Under the pieces are notes generated by a model, which was not told the DNA's origin, did not search any database, and worked only from the letters and a program-made list of their open reading frames with translations. From an uncultured virus (IMG/VR IMGVR_UViG_3300023119_001136) (Duplodnaviria; Heunggongvirae; Uroviricota; Caudoviricetes), in the IMG/VR virus record IMGVR_UViG_3300023119_001136, positions 1 to 64,000 of that record: a stretch of DNA of 64,000 nt, one strand, 5' to 3'. This document shows, in pieces, positions 47,517 through 57,300 of this stretch. Positions within the stretch are counted from its first letter, which is position 1. Each line of letters starts with the position of its first letter. The translations under genes and the position numbers were made by a program.

Positions 47517-48671
47517 ATGCCACGCTTAAGCTTATATAGACCAAATAAAACAAATGATTATACATTTTTAGATGATGTAATTAGAGAACAATTTTACATC
47601 GGTGGCACCGACGTGAATGTACACAAATATCTAGGACCAAGAAATCCTACAGAAGAAGAAGCAACAGCAGAACAGCCACGTTATGATGCAGTTAAAGAGA
47701 CTAACATTCAAGATATGCTGTTCTTGGAAAACAGAGATAGAAAATACGATCAAGATATCTACACAATACGTGGCATTTATAATGTAATAGATAACGATTT
47801 TAATCTAAGTCAGTTTGGATTGTTTTTAAGCAATGATACATTGTTTATGACTATACACATAAATGAAAGTGTAAAAACACTTGGTAGAAAAATTATGGCA
47901 GGTGATGTATTTGAACTGCCTCACTTAAAAGACGAATATGCTGCAAATGACTATAGTGTTGCACTAAAACGTTTTTATGTAGTTGATGAAATTACTCGTG
48001 CAGCAGAAGGTTTTTCACAGACTTGGTATCCTCATTTATATAGAGTTAAACTAAAACAAATATTTGATTCACAAGAGTTTAAAGATATACTGGATTTACC
48101 TGCAGGTGATGATGCTGATAATACTTTACGTGATGTACTAAGCACATTTGAAACTGAAATGAATATTAATAATGCTATTGTACAACAAGCAGAAGCAAAT
48201 GCAAAAGCCGCAGGATATGAAACAAGTCACTTTTTTACAGTAGCAGTAGATGATGACGGCGTACCTACATTGAGGACAGCAGATTCAACAGAAATAGATG
48301 CAAGTGGCAGTGAACTTTCAGATTCTATCTTAGATACTCCTATACGTGATGGTTATGACGGCTATCTAATAGGAGACGGACTTGCACCAAATGGTTCGCC
48401 TTTTGGTAGTGGGTTATCATTTCCTGACGCAAGTGCATCAGGAGATTACTTTTTGAGAACAGACTTTTTTCCAAATAGACTATTTAGATATGATGGGAGA
48501 AGATGGGTGAAAGTTGAAGATAACGTAAGACAAACACTAACTAACACATCAACAAGAGCGCATCAGAAAGGTACGTTCATTAATAACACAAACACAAGCA
48601 CTATTGGCGGTGAAGTTGTTGAAGAAAGACAATCACTATCAAAAGCATTAAAGATAAAGACGGATAACTGA
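47517..48671 (+). CDS. gp14: Neck protein (T4 gp14-like)
   Basis: LSQFGLFL.ND, GDVFELP; between gp13 and gp15; start moved to MPRLS. Confidence 0.75.
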   Translation: MPRLSLYRPNKTNDYTFLDDVIREQFYIGGTDVNVHKYLGPRNPTEEEATAEQPRYDAVKETNIQDMLFLENRDRKYDQDIYTIRGIYNVIDNDFNLSQFGLFLSNDTLFMTIHINESVKTLGRKIMAGDVFELPHLKDEYAANDYSVALKRFYVVDEITRAAEGFSQTWYPHLYRVKLKQIFDSQEFKDILDLPAGDDADNTLRDVLSTFETEMNINNAIVQQAEANAKAAGYETSHFFTVAVDDDGVPTLRTADSTEIDASGSELSDSILDTPIRDGYDGYLIGDGLAPNGSPFGSGLSFPDASASGDYFLRTDFFPNRLFRYDGRRWVKVEDNVRQTLTNTSTRAHQKGTFINNTNTSTIGGEVVEERQSLSKALKIKTDN

Positions 48672-50155
48672 TGCAGTTTTTTTATGACGGACAAATACGT
48701 AGATATCTAACACAGATTATACGCTTATTAAGTAATTTTAGTTACCAAGACGGTGATGGTCAATTACGTCAAATACCTGTAACATACGGTGATTTGACAA
48801 GACAAGTTGCGAGCATTATACGTGACAATAGTGAAAATAAGGTTCCTAGTGCGCCGCGAATGGCAGTTTATATTACAGGAATCGAATTAGATAGACAAAG
48901 ATTAAGCGATGCAAGTTATGTTAACAAAGTTAATATTAGAGAACGTGCATATGATTCCGATGGACAAGAATACCTAAACGAACAAGGCAAAAACTATACA
49001 GTTGAAAGACTACATCCTGCTCCATACACATTAAGTGTAAATGCTGATATATGGGCAACAAATACAGAAATGAAGTTGCAAATTATGGAGCAAATTTTAA
49101 CATTATTCAATCCTAGTTTAGAAATTCAAACAACAGACAATTTTGTTGATTGGACAAGTTTAAGCGTAGTAAACTTAGAATTAGTAAACTTTAGTAACAG
49201 GAATGTACCTGTAGGTGTTGATAGTGAGATAGATATTGCAACTTTAGGTTTTTCTACTCCTATCTATCTAAGTGCTCCTGCAAAAGTTAAACGTTTAGGC
49301 GTTATTACAAATATCATTGCAAACATATTTAATGAAGAAAGTGGTGATATTGATTTGGGTAATAGTGAAGCAGAACTTGGTGCATATGAAGATTCATTAC
49401 ATCCTATAGAACAAACTACACAATCAACAGATGCTTCAGGCGAAGTTGATATTGAAACACAAAGATCGGTAGATCCACTATTGAATGAAAGAGTTACACA
49501 AAGTACAACATTTAAAGATTATGGATTGTATGTTGAAGGTACACAAGCACGTATTGTTTATAATCGTGAAGTAGGAACAACTAACTGGAGAGTATTATTA
49601 GAAGCATATCCAGGAACATATACAGCAGGGTTAAGCCAAATTAGAATGCGAACTGAAGGATCTGATAATTTTATTATTGGTACATTTGCTCTAAATCCGC
49701 TCGATGAAAGAATTATTAGTATTACATGGGATTCAGATACATTGCCTAGCAATGATGTAATAACAGGGCCTGCTAGAAATCCTGCAAGTTATACAAGTAT
49801 TGATTATGTTATAGAGCCTTCAAAATGGAATCCAAGTTCATATAAAACACCAGGACTTAGAGTGTTAGTAGTAAGCAATATTAATCCAAGTAATCAAGTT
49901 GGTGAAGCAGGATACGACGGACCCGATGCATGGAAAAATACAGACACAAGTGATCCTGTTGCAGAAGCAAACGATATTATTGAATGGACTGGCACAGAAT
50001 GGCAAGTTATATTTGACGCTAGTGCAACAACTGATATAACACATATTAAAAATCTTAATACAGGTGTCCAATACAAATGGACAGGATCTGATTGGATTAA
50101 GAGTTGGGAAGGTGAGTATTCAGGAGGTAACTGGATGCTATTCTTAGACGGCTAA
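48671..50155 (+). CDS. gp15: Tail sheath stabiliser/terminator (T4 gp15-like) with C-terminal extension
   Basis: FFYDGQIRRY, IPVTYG, PRMA, PAPY.L, QIMEQIL..FNP. Confidence 0.88.
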   Translation: MQFFYDGQIRRYLTQIIRLLSNFSYQDGDGQLRQIPVTYGDLTRQVASIIRDNSENKVPSAPRMAVYITGIELDRQRLSDASYVNKVNIRERAYDSDGQEYLNEQGKNYTVERLHPAPYTLSVNADIWATNTEMKLQIMEQILTLFNPSLEIQTTDNFVDWTSLSVVNLELVNFSNRNVPVGVDSEIDIATLGFSTPIYLSAPAKVKRLGVITNIIANIFNEESGDIDLGNSEAELGAYEDSLHPIEQTTQSTDASGEVDIETQRSVDPLLNERVTQSTTFKDYGLYVEGTQARIVYNREVGTTNWRVLLEAYPGTYTAGLSQIRMRTEGSDNFIIGTFALNPLDERIISITWDSDTLPSNDVITGPARNPASYTSIDYVIEPSKWNPSSYKTPGLRVLVVSNINPSNQVGEAGYDGPDAWKNTDTSDPVAEANDIIEWTGTEWQVIFDASATTDITHIKNLNTGVQYKWTGSDWIKSWEGEYSGGNWMLFLDG

Positions 50156-50163
50156 TTATTTTT

Positions 50164-50595
50164 ATGAAAAAGATAATATGTAGTGGTGCATTATTTTATA
50201 CCCTCTCCACTAAAAGATTTTTAACTTTACATAGAACAGCAAAGAAAAATGCAGTATGGGGTCTTGTAGGCGGCACTAATGAAGAAAACGAAACCGCATG
50301 GGAAGGTTTGAAGAGAGAAATAGAAGAAGAAATAGGATTTATTCCAAAAATAAAGAAAACTATTCCTCTAGAAACTTTTGTAAGCAATGACGAACATTTT
50401 CATTTCCATACTTATCTTTGTGTAGTTGAAGATGAATTTTTGCCTATTTTAAATAATGAACATGATGGATATGCATGGGTACAATTTGGAAAATGGCCTA
50501 AGCCTTTACACCAAGGCTTGGCCAATACTCTACGTAGTAAAACTAACCAAAACAAATTACAAACTGTGTTTGAATTAATTAACCTTATCTCTTGA
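50164..50595 (+). CDS. NUDIX hydrolase
   Basis: Nudix box GGTNEENETAWEGLKREIEEEIG; EHDGYAW. Confidence 0.92.
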   Translation: MKKIICSGALFYTLSTKRFLTLHRTAKKNAVWGLVGGTNEENETAWEGLKREIEEEIGFIPKIKKTIPLETFVSNDEHFHFHTYLCVVEDEFLPILNNEHDGYAWVQFGKWPKPLHQGLANTLRSKTNQNKLQTVFELINLIS

Positions 50596-53103
50596 AACAT
50601 TTTTTGGCAGTAAGAAAATACCATTATGGTATTGCTTACCCTCAACTTCATGTATAAACGAATGAGATGTACTTCTATCATACTCATTATCATGTGTAAA
50701 GTAAACATCAAAGTCAAAATTACTTGTATCGACGTTTGACGAAATAGCCCAAAACATTTCTGTTTTAGATTCGTCTAGTGCTTTTAAATAATCTTCGTAT
50801 GTATCAACAATAAATCTGTCGTATTCTACTGGTCCGCTTGCAACCGTATTCCATTCTTTTCTAGTAACAAGATGTCTGTGTTCAATTTCTTTTTTGCTTA
50901 CAGGTTTGTTTTTGCTCATCAAGAACACACCGTTATAATATTCTTTATCTCCTACTTTGTGTACAAAGACATGATTTTCGTTTCTTTCGTATTCAAATTC
51001 ATCATCTCTGTCATCAAAGAACAGATCAAACTTAAAGTTAGGATTAATTTCAACATTTCTGCTTTTAATCCAAAACATTTCTGTTGTAGACTTACTAAGT
51101 GCCTCTAAGTATTCATCATAATTATCTACTTCAAAAATATTGTAAAGAACAGGTCCAGTTACTATTTGTTCATACTCTTTTCTTTCAACAATATGTTTGT
51201 AATCAATTTCTTTTTTAGTTACAGGCTTATGCTTTGAAAACAAATATAGTCCGTCATAAGTTAGTTTATCGTTGACTTTGTGTAAAAACGCATGATTCAT
51301 TTTTCTATCAAACGTATTGTCATGTTTAAAATATAAATCAAAAATTGATTCATCGATAATTGTTAAATTTTGTAACTTACCCCAAAACATCTCTGTTTTA
51401 GATTTTTGCATTGCATCTAAATAATCATCATAAGATCCGATATCAAATACGTCATATCTAGTTTTTGTACTTGCAATTTCATTCCATTCTTTGCGTTTTA
51501 CTGGATGTCTAAATTCTATTTCTTTTTTAGAAATCTTTGAGTGTTTACTACATAAAAATACACCACTATAAAGTTTTTCACCGTCAACATCGTGTAAAAA
51601 CGCATGATTAATTTTTCTATCAAAAGCATTGTCGTGTGTGAAATACTTGTCAAATTTGAAGTTTTTCTTTATCTTTACATTTCTACTTAATGCCCAAAAC
51701 ATTTCTGTCTTGCTTTGTTCTAATGCATTTAGATATTCACCGTAAGTGTCAATATAAAATTTTTCATATTCTACTTGTGTTGAGCCAATGACTTTCCATT
51801 CTTTTCTTTCAATAATGTGTCTGTGTTCGATTTCTTTTTTGTTAAGAGGTTTTTTCGTTGAACAAAGGAATAAGCCGTTGTATAATTGCCTTCCATCAGC
51901 ATCATGTATAAAGGCATGGTTTGTCTGTCTATCATACTCGTTTTCAAAGTCAAAATATATCTCCGGTATATTGCTACTAATGTTTCTACTATCCATCCAA
52001 AACATTTCTGTTTTAGAATTATTCAATGCATATTCGTATTCTTCATATGAATCAATATAGAATCTATCATAAATTACTGGACCAGTTGCTACAATATCAT
52101 GCTCAATACGTTCTACAGGAAATCTGTAAGTAACTTCCTTTTCTGAAAGTATTTTGTTTTTAGAACACAAAAATAATCCGTTGTACTTGTTATTGCTATG
52201 CAAAAATGCATGTGTTTTGTTTTTAAGATCTTTTTCATGATGTGGAATATAAAAGTCAAGATCGATGTTAACTTTTATATTTTTACTGCTCATCCAAAAC
52301 ATTTCTGTTGTAGATGATTCAAGTGCAGTTTTATATTCATTATAATTATCAATTTCAAAAAAGTCATACTGCTTTGGTGTACTTGCAATCATACGTACTT
52401 CTTTTTTGTTAACTAAAAATCTATAGTCAATCTCTCTATCTGAGGGATTATAAAATTTGTTACACAAAAATATGCCATCAAATTGATTTCTTTTTCCATT
52501 TCCGAACACATGATTATATTTGTAACTCCATTCGTCTGGTTCAAAAGAAAAGTCAAAGTTTTCTGATACATTAACATCATTTGGTATTAACCAAAACATA
52601 TCAGTTGAGGTTAGTTCTTGTGCTTGACTATAAGTGTCAACAATTTGTATATTATATTTTTCTTTTAATTTTTTGTATTCGCTATCTTTACGGCTACCTA
52701 AGAAAAATATATCAAATTTTTCTTTGCCATAATATGGATCATATACGCCACAAATATTGCTGTGTGTATATTTCTTTTTTGCATCAAACTTTGTTGGAAC
52801 TAGTTGTACTTTATTCCAACTTTTAGGATGTCTACTTTTTTTTCTTACGTAAGGAAATAAGTGAATACCGTTACTTTGTTCAGCACTTGGTCTAAAATGC
52901 CAAGGAAATGTATCTAATACTTTAATTGACTTATCAACAAGCCAAACATAATCAGCAACTTCTGCATAATCTTTTACTTGTTCATAATCTTCTACATCGT
53001 CTGTATGTAGTATTGGATAACATTGAAAAATGTGGTTTTTTAGGACGTCTTGTCCGTTATAGATGTTTTTACTAAATCTTTCAAATCTACTAACTGAATT
53101 CAT
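50575..53103 (-). CDS. 842-aa protein of about eight ~100-aa tandem domains, possibly C-terminally truncated
   Basis: Seven T(E/D)MFW-centred repeats plus one degenerate; ends mid-repeat. Confidence 0.8.
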   Translation of the reverse strand: MNSVSRFERFSKNIYNGQDVLKNHIFQCYPILHTDDVEDYEQVKDYAEVADYVWLVDKSIKVLDTFPWHFRPSAEQSNGIHLFPYVRKKSRHPKSWNKVQLVPTKFDAKKKYTHSNICGVYDPYYGKEKFDIFFLGSRKDSEYKKLKEKYNIQIVDTYSQAQELTSTDMFWLIPNDVNVSENFDFSFEPDEWSYKYNHVFGNGKRNQFDGIFLCNKFYNPSDREIDYRFLVNKKEVRMIASTPKQYDFFEIDNYNEYKTALESSTTEMFWMSSKNIKVNIDLDFYIPHHEKDLKNKTHAFLHSNNKYNGLFLCSKNKILSEKEVTYRFPVERIEHDIVATGPVIYDRFYIDSYEEYEYALNNSKTEMFWMDSRNISSNIPEIYFDFENEYDRQTNHAFIHDADGRQLYNGLFLCSTKKPLNKKEIEHRHIIERKEWKVIGSTQVEYEKFYIDTYGEYLNALEQSKTEMFWALSRNVKIKKNFKFDKYFTHDNAFDRKINHAFLHDVDGEKLYSGVFLCSKHSKISKKEIEFRHPVKRKEWNEIASTKTRYDVFDIGSYDDYLDAMQKSKTEMFWGKLQNLTIIDESIFDLYFKHDNTFDRKMNHAFLHKVNDKLTYDGLYLFSKHKPVTKKEIDYKHIVERKEYEQIVTGPVLYNIFEVDNYDEYLEALSKSTTEMFWIKSRNVEINPNFKFDLFFDDRDDEFEYERNENHVFVHKVGDKEYYNGVFLMSKNKPVSKKEIEHRHLVTRKEWNTVASGPVEYDRFIVDTYEDYLKALDESKTEMFWAISSNVDTSNFDFDVYFTHDNEYDRSTSHSFIHEVEGKQYHNGIFLLPKNVSRDKVN

Positions 53104-53701
53104 TTGTTTCCTTTAACATATATGCCTTAGTGCCGAAGTGTGCAACTTTTTCACTTATATCAGCATCTACATATATTTTATAACCATTATCTCTGGCTAA
53201 CTTACAAAAGTGAATATCTTCACCGCTAAGGTCATGTGTGTCGTCGTTCCATGTATAGTTAAACCAAGGTGAATCTAATACACGATACACATCTCTATCA
53301 ACTAACATACACCCAAGACCTACTGCAAAAACTTCATGCAAACCTTTTGACTCTGTTAGTCTACTATCTAAGTTGTATTGATCAGTAAACGCAACACTAC
53401 GTTGAGGTTTGACTCGTGTGCTGTATGTTGCAGCAACAATATCTTTTTTATGTTTAAGGAACACATCGACAACATTTGATGGTATGTGCATATCGCTATC
53501 TAACCAAAGTATGTGGGATGCCCCTTTGGCAAAGGCATCCCAAACTAGCGTGTTTCTTTGGTTGGCAATCACACTGCCAAGATTGAATAGAACATCAAAT
53601 TCTATTCCGTCTTGTTGCAGACGTGCTGTGAGATTTGCTAAACATAAAGCAAATCCTGTGTGAACTGTATCCCGTGCTGGAATACAAATCGCGATTCTCA
53701 T
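53090..53701 (-). CDS. GT2-like glycosyltransferase
   Basis: ICIPAR, QRN, LWLDSDM, GLGCMLV, GEDIHFC. Confidence 0.85.
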   Translation of the reverse strand: MRIAICIPARDTVHTGFALCLANLTARLQQDGIEFDVLFNLGSVIANQRNTLVWDAFAKGASHILWLDSDMHIPSNVVDVFLKHKKDIVAATYSTRVKPQRSVAFTDQYNLDSRLTESKGLHEVFAVGLGCMLVDRDVYRVLDSPWFNYTWNDDTHDLSGEDIHFCKLARDNGYKIYVDADISEKVAHFGTKAYMLKETNEFS

Positions 53702-53702
53702 C

Positions 53703-54101
53703 TTAAACTAGAGAATCATCAACTGTGTCTGTGTTTAATTCTTGCTCTGCAGCCACAGTATCATTATTCCACTGTCTTGCAGTACCAGTTGCTACTTTTA
53801 CTGCTTCGCGGAAATCTTCGGATGGAAGGTTGCCCATTTCAAGCATTGTTTCAGGCTGAACCTTACCAAGTGTTAGTAGATCAGCAGCGGCCTTTTTACC
53901 GATAGCACGAATCCAATGTTCTCTATCATCATCTGCTGCTCGCGCCATTACTACAGTTTCTTTTTCACCGTCAAGAATAGCGTCTTTGATTTCTGTTAGA
54001 ATACTTTCATCTACTTCAAGAGATGAAAGTTTAGTTAGTTTACGGGCCTTGCTGTATTCATTTGCAAGTTCGATATTTTCAATTTGATAACGTGTTAGCA
54101 T
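53703..54101 (-). CDS. Hypothetical protein
   Basis: 132-aa ORF with AAGGAG. Confidence 0.75.
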   Translation of the reverse strand: MLTRYQIENIELANEYSKARKLTKLSSLEVDESILTEIKDAILDGEKETVVMARAADDDREHWIRAIGKKAAADLLTLGKVQPETMLEMGNLPSEDFREAVKVATGTARQWNNDTVAAEQELNTDTVDDSLV

Positions 54102-54125
54102 ACGTCTGCTCCTTTACTTTGCTAG

Positions 54126-54299
54126 TTATACTCCTGGAGTTCCTAAACCGCCAAATGTTGAACTCATAGGAATTGTTGTACCACTTGAGATACCCAAGTA
54201 GCTACCCAAAAAACTCATTGTAATTGGGGTTGTTGAAGAGCCAAAATAGTTTCTAATTTGACTCATAGTAATTTGTGATCCTGTTGGAGGTAATGCCAT
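54126..54299 (-). CDS. Small Ser/Thr/Gly-rich protein (57 aa, MALPPTGSQITMSQIRNYFG...), not in ORF track
   Basis: Translated manually; TAGGA upstream; internal ITMS/IPMS repeats; follows tail fibre gene. Confidence 0.8.
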   Translation of the reverse strand: MALPPTGSQITMSQIRNYFGSSTTPITMSFLGSYLGISSGTTIPMSSTFGGLGTPGV

Positions 54300-54329
54300 A
54301 AGTGATCCTATCTACAGTTAATATAATAT

Positions 54330-54358
54330 ATACTAACTGCAAATAGAATCTTTGTCAA
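54330..54358 (-). promoter_or_regulatory. Sigma70-type promoter
   Basis: TTGACA-17nt-TAGTAT. Confidence 0.7.
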
Positions 54359-54367
54359 GAACTTTTT

Positions 54368-57300
54368 TTAATTTTTTTCAATTAATTTTTGCACCATTGC
54401 TTTAAGTTCAGCAATCTCAGCAGCCTGCGCTTCAATTTTGTCATCTGCTTCTTTTACTGCTTCGATTAGCAACGGAACCATACGCTCATACTTAACTGTT
54501 AGATAGTCTTCGCCTGACTTACTGTTACCATCTTCGTCTAAGTCGAACGGTGCAGCAACAACTGCTTCTGGTAGTACCTTTTGTACTTCTTGAGCACTAA
54601 CACCTACTTGTGTATTGTCATTGTTGTATCCGTACTTCTTAGCAGTTTCGTTTTCAACATATAGATAACCATTAAGTGCTTTTACTTTATCAAGGGCGCC
54701 TTCTAGTTTACCTGTGAATGTTTTCAAACGTTCGTCTGAGTAGTATGCTGTAACTTCGCTTGTTGCAAGCAATTGACCGTTTACATACCAACCTTCGTTT
54801 TGTGCTCTTGCTTTCCATGCACCATTATAGTAGATGTATGTGTAAGAGTTTTGTTGTCCGTATAAAGACCACTCGTTATTAGTATCGTTATAGATACCGT
54901 AAGCGCCCGCACCATTTGACATAAACACCCAGTCATCTCTAATAGACCACCCTGCGTATGATCCGCTTGTACCGTATACACCTTCTGCTCTGAATGTACC
55001 ATAGTTCTGTCCATTAGCAGGAGCAATATAGTTAGAAGTGTTACCACCGATACCAATAACATTTTTAACCATCAAGTTACCGGCAGTAGTAAGTGACATA
55101 GCACCATCAGATGCTGCATCGCTTGTATCTCTCCACAGGAAGCCTCTATCATTATCAGCGTTCATAGTAAATGTCATTGCATAGTCGTTAAGCCAACCAT
55201 AACTTTGAGCACTTATCATACCAATTGTATATGAACTCGAACTCCAAACCCTGAGCTTATCGTATGAGTTGCCACCATAACCGTCAATTAAGCCAATGTT
55301 ATAGCGTGTACTAGGACTAAATCTATCTGGGAATGTACCACTTGTAATGTTACCAGCATTGATACTAGTAATACTTGCACCATTACCACTAAACGTACCA
55401 CTAATAGTACCACCGTTGGTAATATTGTTTGAGTTCATATTCAATGTTGATCTCAATGTAGGAACAGCATTTCCAGTACCTAAATACAAGGTATTTGCAC
55501 TATGATCTCTCCAAATATAGTTTGTTGTGCCGTCTGTAGTATCTTGAACAATAAAGTCTGCATCGTTAACTTTAATCGTAGTAGCACCGTTGTCTACTCC
55601 TGCACCGTTAACAAAATCACCAATGTCTTGTCCGTCAACTGTATCAGCATCTAGACCTGAACCTGCACCATCATTGCCAGCATGCCATACTTTATTACCG
55701 TTAACATAGAAGTCACCCGGTCCATCGATAGCAACCATTAGGTTTGGTTCTGTTGTTTGGAACTTAAATGACGCACCGTATCCACTACCAACTGAAGCAC
55801 CGTCTGAATGTTCAAAGTTTAGTCTACCATACTGTGTATTTGATGCGTGGTCAGTAAAGTCGATTCTTGCGCCGCCTGCGTTAGTTGTGTTTCTAATAAC
55901 AAGTCTTTGTGCGCCAGAGCCTACCAAACTAATAACGCCACTTGCTGTATCATTTGCATCTGAACGTAAGAACTGTGTACTATCAATACCGTCTAGCGTA
56001 TCTGCACTAACATTTGTAAGCCCACTACCGTTACCAGTAAATGTACTTGTACCAATGTTAATGTTACCAAAGCCGCTTGTGATTTGACCTGCATTTAGAG
56101 CACCTGTACCTGTGATACTTGTATAACTACCACTAATTCTTGCGTTAGGTACTGTACCGCTTGACAAGTTACTTGCATTTAGTGATGTTAATCCGCTACC
56201 ATTACCTGTAATTGTTCCACCAACATGTAGGTTTTTAGCAATACCAACACCACCACTTACTTTTACAGCACCAGTTGTTGTGCTACTTGCTTGAGTTGTG
56301 TTTGAGAACGTCTTAATACCACTCATTGACTGGTTGCCACCTAGTCTTGCTCCAGCAACAGTACCACTTGACAAGTTACTTGCATTTAGTGTTGTCAATC
56401 CACTACCGTTACCAGTAAATGTACTTGTACCAATATTAATGTTACCAAACCCGGAACTAATTGCACCTGCGTTTAGCGTACCTACAGCATCAATGTCAGT
56501 TTCGTGTTGTGTTACACTTGAACTTGAAATTCTACCATCTGGTACAGTTCCGCTTGTAAGTTGGCTTGCATTAAGTGCAGTAAGTGAAGAACCAACACCT
56601 GCAAAGCCTGTAGTACCACTGAATGATAGTGTTGTAGTGTTAACAGTTAGTCCTACACCTGGTATTCTTACATTTGCATGTGAAGCATTACCTAATGTAA
56701 TTTCATTGTTTGTTGTGTTTGCTGTTGGTGCAGCATCTTTACCAATAACAATGTTATTACTACCTGTTGTAATTGTTGCACCTGCGCCGTAGCCAATAAT
56801 TACGTTATTACTTGCATTTGCAATTTCTAGTGCTTTATATCCAATAGCAACGTTTGCATTAGCAGTAATTGAGTTTTGCATACTTTCAGCACCGATTGCT
56901 GTATTACCGCCTGTTGCTGCATCAATTTGTGAAAGGGTATATGCACCCATTGCTGTGTTATTTGCTGAAGCAGTAGCTAATGCAAGAGCATCTTTACCAA
57001 CACCTGTGTTTTGATTACCTGTTAATACAGCACCAAATACACCATCTCCGACTCCAACTGAGTCAATACCAGTTGTTACAGCAGCACCGCCTCCTGCAAA
57101 GAAGTTGGTAGCACTACTGCCGCCACCTTCGCCAATTAAGTGTCCGTTTACTGTGATATCACTTGTAAATGTTTTGCCTGATTGTGAAGTAGGAAGCACT
57201 GCATCTGGGATAGTACCACTTAGTAACTGAGACGCATTTAAGTTTGTTAGTCCGCTACCATCACCGTATATAATACCACCAACTCTAAGTTTTTTAGCAA

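Noticed and set aside
50575..53103. Possible CRISPR array or DGR in the periodic sequence
   Set aside because: Repeats are ~300-bp degenerate protein-coding units; no identical short repeats with spacers, no reverse transcriptase, no adenine-specific TR/VR pattern seen
55985..56460. Tail-fibre duplicates as a DGR template/variable pair
   Set aside because: Both copies are in frame within the shaft, differences are mostly synonymous, and no RT is present in the window
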